The translations under genes and the position numbers were made by a program. Positions 57,222-62,038 of a stretch of DNA of 62,038 nt are shown here, in pieces (within the stretch, counting starts at the first letter, position 1; every line of letters starts with the position of its first letter). This DNA comes from Bdellovibrionales bacterium (GTDB lineage Bacteria > Bdellovibrionota > Bdellovibrionia > Bdellovibrionales > UBA1609), in assembly GCA_050246815.1 (NCBI GenBank), contig JBFWVI010000014.1, positions 1-62,038 of the forward strand, read 5' to 3'. The notes beneath the pieces are model-generated. The model ran no database searches. It was given only the letters and a program-made list of their open reading frames with translations, and was not told the DNA's origin.

Positions 57222-57491
57222 CTACTTGGCAGATTTTTTCTTGGCGGTTTTCTTTTCAGCCGGCTTCGCGGCCTCAAGCAACTTCACATTCGAATAGTCG
57301 ATAAAACCTTCGCGGGTCGAAATGCCCTCTTGCTTCGAGTAGTGGGTCTGCATCTTCACCGCTTGCACTTTGATTTTCAAAGCCACAGGGTCTACGGCCA
57401 AAACGGCGCCGCGCTTGCCCTTGTCCTGACCGGAAATCACTTCGACGGTCGCGCCCTTTTTAATCGCTAGTTTTACACGCTTGGCTTTCAT
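57222..57491 (-). CDS. rplX: 50S ribosomal protein L24
   Basis: IKKGATVEVISGQDKGKRG KOW motif and EGFIDYSNV; ATGA overlap with rpmB. Confidence 0.9.
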   Translation of the reverse strand: MKAKRVKLAIKKGATVEVISGQDKGKRGAVLAVDPVALKIKVQAVKMQTHYSKQEGISTREGFIDYSNVKLLEAAKPAEKKTAKKKSAK

Positions 57492-57796
57492 GACTTCTTG
57501 GCTCCTTGATTCGATTTGCGGCGCAAACGGCGTAAAATGCGAGTTTTGACCTCTAACGCGCGTTTGGACAGCTTGCTGTCAGGTTGATTCAACAAAAATG
57601 TGTCAAAGCCACCCATATGCTCCATCGAGCGAATGGTCGAAGTGGCCATCTTCAGGTTTACCATTTGGTTCAGGGCGCGGCTAAATATGCGTTTTTGCTG
57701 AACATTCGGGTTTGAAACCGACTTGGTTTTGATATTCGAGTGAGAGACCAAGTTTTTCACTTCGGGCTGTTTACCGGTTAATTCGCAGCGAGCCAT
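57488..57796 (-). CDS. rpmB: 50S ribosomal protein L28
   Basis: MARCELTGK...VSHSNIKTK...PNVQ...GGFD.FL. Confidence 0.93.
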   Translation of the reverse strand: MARCELTGKQPEVKNLVSHSNIKTKSVSNPNVQQKRIFSRALNQMVNLKMATSTIRSMEHMGGFDTFLLNQPDSKLSKRALEVKTRILRRLRRKSNQGAKKS

Positions 57797-57837
57797 AAGG
57801 TATTCCTTAAGTTTCGAGTTCGTTGAACGAAAGGCTT

Positions 57838-57866
57838 GATATAGAGAAAAACCCTCTTGTTGGCAA
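57838..57866 (-). promoter_or_regulatory. Putative sigma70 promoter of rpmB-rplX
   Basis: TTGCCA-N17-TATATC. Confidence 0.5.
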
Positions 57867-57918
57867 ACGATTTCTGGCGTATACGGAGGGGCTCATTCAC
57901 TGTACTTAAAGAGGCTTT

Positions 57919-58197
57919 ATGAGTATGAAGAAAAACTACCGTTCGAAGTATCGCCCCGAGTTTCCTGGCGATTTCCATTTTGATTACAAAGACCCGGTGA
58001 CCCTAGGCCGCTTCTTGATGGACGGTGGCAAAATCGTTCCTTCGCGCATTAGCAAGCTAAGCCAAGGCCAGCAGCGCCATGCCGCTTTGGCAGTCAAACA
58101 GGCACGAAGCCTGTCTTTGTTGCCGCTGGGCACTTCGGCTTACGACCATGCTGAACGCCCCGAGCCGATTTCGCCAAAGCCCTTCTCTCTAGAGTAG
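57919..58197 (+). CDS. rpsR: 30S ribosomal protein S18
   Basis: DYKD...L..F...GKIVPSRI....QQR..A.AVKQAR.L.LLP. Confidence 0.93.
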   Translation: MSMKKNYRSKYRPEFPGDFHFDYKDPVTLGRFLMDGGKIVPSRISKLSQGQQRHAALAVKQARSLSLLPLGTSAYDHAERPEPISPKPFSLE

Positions 58198-58245
58198 AGG
58201 AATTTGGCCGCTTCGGCGCCGATCAAACCCTAAGATTAGGAACTG

Positions 58246-58275
58246 AAAGCCGCTTGTCTTTAGCGGCTTTTTATT
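58246..58275 (+). terminator. Intrinsic terminator after rpsR
   Basis: Stem AAAGCCGCT/AGCGGCTTT with 7-nt loop, followed by TTATTT. Confidence 0.8.
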
Positions 58276-58690
58276 TGGATGAAGGCGTGTTGGTCTTAAG
58301 CCGATGCTCGGCACGGATCACGCGCAGCAGATCTACAAAGGTCCCCACCATCATCAACATAAAAACCACTTCTGCAACCTTGTGGAATGTAGGCCCGGGA
58401 ACCCCCAAAAAATGCACCTGCGAAAAGTCGTGTCCAAAGTTTTTAAGCCGCACCAACAGCATCGGCAAAGCAAAAAGCCATAAGTGCAACCGAGCAAAAT
58501 AAAAGCTGAACATACGAAAACGGTTGGGCCAACGCAGAGTCTTTAAGACCATCCAGACCCCCACCAGTACAAAACCCGCTCCGGCCACCATGGCCGCCTG
58601 CCACCGCTCTTCAATCAAGCGAAAGCTGACCACCGCCAAAATGGCTGACGCCACCTGAATCGCCATAAAAATCCGCAAATCATGTCTCAT
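58271..58690 (-). CDS. Hypothetical integral membrane protein (about 4 TM)
   Basis: AGGAG SD before ATG 58690; hydrophobic segments; GVPGPTFH motif. Confidence 0.72.
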   Translation of the reverse strand: MRHDLRIFMAIQVASAILAVVSFRLIEERWQAAMVAGAGFVLVGVWMVLKTLRWPNRFRMFSFYFARLHLWLFALPMLLVRLKNFGHDFSQVHFLGVPGPTFHKVAEVVFMLMMVGTFVDLLRVIRAEHRLKTNTPSSK

Positions 58691-58765
58691 CGGATCTCCT
58701 TTTAAAATTGTCCGAAAGGCTTTCGGACAAAATTGAGGCCAGCTCTTTATTAACACAATTTGCGT

Positions 58766-58782
58766 CTGGTCGACCACTTGCA
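58766..58782 (+). promoter_or_regulatory. Putative sigma54 promoter
   Basis: CTGGTCGACCACTTGCA fits GG-N10-GC with TTGCA. Confidence 0.58.
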
Positions 58783-58818
58783 GCTGATTGGCACATCCAT
58801 CTTTTTAAGGGGAGTTTT

Positions 58819-59019
58819 ATGCAACCGCGACTTTTTCAGATTCGACAGCAATTGAGTTTCTTCGGCCTAGATCCCAAGGATTGGCAGATTTTACCATTTC
58901 CACCGGAACAAAACAGCCGGGCCTCTGTGCAGATTGAAAACCGACACGACTCACAATTTATACTCTTTGGCCGGGTGGCCGACGGCCAACTTTTAAGTTT
59001 GGAATTGGCTTCGGCTTAA
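58819..59019 (+). CDS. Small hypothetical protein (66 aa)
   Basis: AAGGGGAG SD, ATG at 58819, sigma54-like promoter and FGLDPKDW motif. Confidence 0.65.
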   Translation: MQPRLFQIRQQLSFFGLDPKDWQILPFPPEQNSRASVQIENRHDSQFILFGRVADGQLLSLELASA

Positions 59020-59036
59020 ACTGCTGAAAACTGCTG

Positions 59037-59657
59037 TCAATAACGGCGGCAGTCTTCAGAAAGTATCATCTTTTCCCAGGCGTTTTTTCGTTGCAGGTCC
59101 TTGGCCCCCGGCAAATCGCGAAACAACCCCTCACGATAACTGTCCCAATCGGACTCGCCATAAAACCGAATGATCTGCGCTTTAAGGCCACAGAATAAAG
59201 CGATGTCGGCCACGTCTAGCCAACCAAATTTATCTTGATACGCGACGGGTGGCACCTTGCCCCAGGCCGTCTTGGTCATGAATTTCGCCGTGCCCCACAA
59301 AGCCGCTTTGACCTCGTCAATGGCCGCCGCTTGGCTGGCGCATTCGGCCGGCACGCTCTGCAGATCACGCACCAACACCCGCATCTTGGCAAAAAGCTCG
59401 TAACAAGCGCCTGGGCCATCGCCACGCTGACAATACTCGGCCATCTGCTGAAAGCTTGCGCCGCGGGCAAGTTTTTTGTTGCCGGGGTCCGCGAACAAAA
59501 AGCCTTTTTGCTGATCCCTTAAAAAATTAAGCTGCGCCTGGCAGACCGTGTGCGGCGGATCTGAAAAAATAATAAACAAGATGCCCGCGCTGATCGCCAA
59601 GGTGGCAAGAGTGCCTCTTGAGAGTGTCGCAAGCCAACGATCCAGCTGTGATGCCAT
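59037..59657 (-). CDS. Hypothetical membrane-anchored Cys-rich protein
   Basis: GAGGGG SD; N-terminal TM followed by DPPHTVC; six Cys. Confidence 0.75.
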   Translation of the reverse strand: MASQLDRWLATLSRGTLATLAISAGILFIIFSDPPHTVCQAQLNFLRDQQKGFLFADPGNKKLARGASFQQMAEYCQRGDGPGACYELFAKMRVLVRDLQSVPAECASQAAAIDEVKAALWGTAKFMTKTAWGKVPPVAYQDKFGWLDVADIALFCGLKAQIIRFYGESDWDSYREGLFRDLPGAKDLQRKNAWEKMILSEDCRRY

Positions 59658-59671
59658 GGCGCCCCTCGCCT

Positions 59672-60190
59672 TTAAGTCGCAAGCTTGCCGCAGTTGCCGT
59701 AGGTTTCAGGATTGATCGGGTTTTGTGGTTTACTACCTTTTTGCAGCCATACGCTTTTATCTTTGGGGCAGAAAAAAATCTTATACGGCTCCAACTGGTA
59801 CACCTGGGCGATTAAAACCAATTGGTGAAAGGTCTTTTGATAATAAGTCTGACGGTCCGAACCGGCCGAGCGGCGGCTGCGCTCCAAGTGACTTTTTGCT
59901 GCGGAGAGAATTTTCACCAGATGAGTTTTTTGCTCTTTGGCCAATCCCGATTTTTTTTCAGCAGAAACAAGCCGCTTGACCAAGTTCTTGGCGGCAAGGC
60001 TCGTGGCCCGATCATTGCGCTTAAAACTTGCCTCTTGCAGACTGACCGCGGCTTTTAAGATAGCGTTGAGTTCTGCGCGCAGTTCAGCTTGAACCTTGAT
60101 CTTTTGAATCGGTCGGCGAGCTTCGGCAATCGGCAGTACACTGAATAAAAGACAAGCTAGACTAAAGGTGAGGACCGTGATTGTGCGCAT
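59672..60190 (-). CDS. Secreted protein, DUF3347-like
   Basis: Signal peptide; helical body; C-terminal FFCPK...WLQ.....QNP.....NCG resembling the DUF3347-associated motif. Confidence 0.65.
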   Translation of the reverse strand: MRTITVLTFSLACLLFSVLPIAEARRPIQKIKVQAELRAELNAILKAAVSLQEASFKRNDRATSLAAKNLVKRLVSAEKKSGLAKEQKTHLVKILSAAKSHLERSRRSAGSDRQTYYQKTFHQLVLIAQVYQLEPYKIFFCPKDKSVWLQKGSKPQNPINPETYGNCGKLAT

Positions 60191-60286
60191 GCCTGATCTC
60201 TAATTTGCCACACCTTGGCGACTTGGCAAAGCGCTAAGCCCCCCAAGGTCGAGGCCATTTCAAGGTTTCAACACCCCTTTAAAAGC

Positions 60287-60340
60287 AAAAAGGGAGCTTT
60301 TGCTCCCTTTTCGCCAGAATGACTCTTGTGAGAGTCGTTC
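60287..60340 (-). terminator. Terminator (two tandem hairpins) after the porin gene
   Basis: AAAAGGGAGC-TTTT-GCTCCCTTTT (60288-60311) plus GACTCT-TGTG-AGAGTC (60321-60336). Confidence 0.8.
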
Positions 60341-60342
60341 AA

Positions 60343-61668
60343 TTAGAAGGTCATTTTGCCTTCGACGAACACTTGCATGTAAGTGTCATCTTTGTCAGTT
60401 GCGCTGACGTCTTTCAAATATGCACCGGGCATGAAGGCACCGATGTATGAAGAAATCGCGAAACCACCGTCATACTTTTTGGTGACCGACAAATCGATCT
60501 CTTGACCGACGTCATCCGAAGTCGAACCGCCGTTCGAAGCGCGGTTGAACGTGAATCCACTACCGTTGATGTTGGCCACGTTGTTATCGTCACTTTCAGT
60601 CGAAGAGAACTTCCAGTAGTGCAGGCCGACGTCAACTTGATCCATGGGCGACAAAGTGTAGCCCGCTTTGATGAAGGTCAAGTTACCCCAAGCCACCACA
60701 TCCATCATGCCCGAAGTGGCATGCTTTTCGTAGTAGAAGCTATCGTAACGTTCTTGGTTGGCATTGGCTGCGTTACCACCCGAATCAACGTGATAACCGA
60801 CGTAAAAGCGCGACTTCATCATTTCAGGCATGCTGTAGCCAACTTCAAGGGCGTACATGCTTCCTTTTTTGTCGATGGCTGCAGCGGCTACGGCTTCGGT
60901 CTCGCCAGTGTGGGCTGCGTAATTCAATTTGTAATCCACATTGGCGGTATCACCGGCTAAAACCAAGTGATAGCGGAGCTCGTCTCGACGAGCGACAGCT
61001 GACGTGCGGTCACCATTGATTTTCGAGACACCAATGTTGGCCATTTTCAAGAACTCAGGCAAAGCTTTCCAATCAAACGAAACACCGAAAAAGTTCGTTT
61101 CGGGGTCATCGTTGCCCGTGGTGCCAGCGCCGGTCAATTCCACTTTCACGCCGTAGAAGCTAGCGCGAAAGTTTTCTTTTTCCCAGTTCAGCAAACCGCC
61201 GTGGAAGGCGTAGGGAGTAGATTGCCAATCGTTCAAGCTCATGACCGAACCGTCAGCCATGGTGAATCCGCCTCGGCCCACTTTGAAGGTCCAAGCATCA
61301 TTCATCATCCAGACAGCGTAAGCCTGGTTCACAAGCAAAACGTTTTCAGTGTTGTTGACGTTGCCAGTCTCGCTGATGGTGTCGGGGATTTGATCGTTGT
61401 TACCTGCGGCAACCGAACCAAAGTCGGTGTTATGGATAAAGCTCGCGAAGGCGCTGAACTTTTCGCTAGCTTTGAAGTTCAAGTCGAACTTCATGCGCTG
61501 TGCGAAATTATTCTCGTTCGTATCTGCATCTTTGTCGCCCGTGCGGGCTTGTTCAAAAAGGTAACGCAGTCGATATTCGGCGTTCATCGACACATCGCCT
61601 TTAACTTCTGCAGCGTGAGCCACTGGCATTCCGACCAGTAGTGCTGCTAGAGCAACTAACTTTCTCAT
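60343..61668 (-). CDS. Outer-membrane beta-barrel porin, alginate-export (AlgE-like) family
   Basis: Signal peptide ending AHA; EYRLRY, VNQAY, KVGR and GQEIDL motifs; terminal F; AAGGAG SD. Confidence 0.82.
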   Translation of the reverse strand: MRKLVALAALLVGMPVAHAAEVKGDVSMNAEYRLRYLFEQARTGDKDADTNENNFAQRMKFDLNFKASEKFSAFASFIHNTDFGSVAAGNNDQIPDTISETGNVNNTENVLLVNQAYAVWMMNDAWTFKVGRGGFTMADGSVMSLNDWQSTPYAFHGGLLNWEKENFRASFYGVKVELTGAGTTGNDDPETNFFGVSFDWKALPEFLKMANIGVSKINGDRTSAVARRDELRYHLVLAGDTANVDYKLNYAAHTGETEAVAAAAIDKKGSMYALEVGYSMPEMMKSRFYVGYHVDSGGNAANANQERYDSFYYEKHATSGMMDVVAWGNLTFIKAGYTLSPMDQVDVGLHYWKFSSTESDDNNVANINGSGFTFNRASNGGSTSDDVGQEIDLSVTKKYDGGFAISSYIGAFMPGAYLKDVSATDKDDTYMQVFVEGKMTF

Positions 61669-61957
61669 CGTATTCTCCTTGTTGTTTTCTTTGGTGTTCT
61701 GAACTCTTGTTGTTTTCAAAGCTGTTCATTCCCTTATGCAAAATAGCGGCGGTAGTCCAGGAGTCTGGGCAGAATTTGCCGTCCCGACTCGACTTTACAC
61801 ATCGCGCTTAACTCAAATCGTTAAAGAGCTTGGTATAAAAGGCAAAGGATTTTTATAGGTAACATCATGAAATATGTTTCTTTCTATCGTTTTTCGACGC
61901 GACGCATGGTATTCTTTGGGCCCAAATCGCTATATGAAGTCTAGATCTAAGTCCTGT

Positions 61958-62034
<77 letters not shown>

Positions 62035-62038
62035 ATTT

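Noticed and set aside
60343..61668. Alginate or exopolysaccharide biosynthesis locus
   Set aside because: No glycosyltransferase or polysaccharide genes are nearby; AlgE-like barrels commonly occur alone.
61750..61805. c-di-GMP-I/c-AMP-GMP (GEMM) riboswitch in the porin leader, suggested by GGGACGGCAAA on the minus strand
   Set aside because: There is no GNRA-capped P2 stem upstream and no GCC...AGCCGG P3/P1 elements; only a short resemblance.

Overview
This is a gene-dense chromosomal segment with no integrase, transposase, prophage or CRISPR array. It ends at a tRNA-Pro(UGG). A Bdellovibrionota (predatory) origin is inferred from the FQNC-type lipoprotein signal, many secreted Cys-rich hydrolase-like orphans, an spd/mitochondrial-type EF-G1 and the DUF4105-DUF3015 pair. 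Housekeeping genes are hrpB, rsgA, rsmE, an RluA-family synthase, aat, recQ, fusA, dcd, mscL, pyrE, 2-oxoacid dehydrogenase E1 alpha/beta, prc, topA, tex, infA, lpxD, metG, rplX, rpmB and rpsR. They are interspersed with secreted or lipoprotein genes. The most notable signals not shown by the ORF track are: (1) a complete leader-peptide attenuator-like unit upstream of rsgA (sigma70 promoter, AAGGAGG, 14-aa uORF MIAANFNNRLPLFF, mutually exclusive pairings); (2) a 28-aa hydrophobic mini-gene with its own sigma54 promoter downstream of mscL; (3) a perfect 44-bp inverted repeat between pyrE and a methyltransferase; (4) a signal-peptide-bearing NTAQ1-like Cys-His-Asp amidase; (5) a protease-ankyrin lipoprotein-Bor-Bor operon resembling an effector/self-protection module; (6) a DUF4105(Lnb-like)-DUF3015-hydrolase cluster; and (7) recurring sigma54, sigma28 and leaderless promoter architectures. 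All family calls come from motif recognition by eye; no searches were run.
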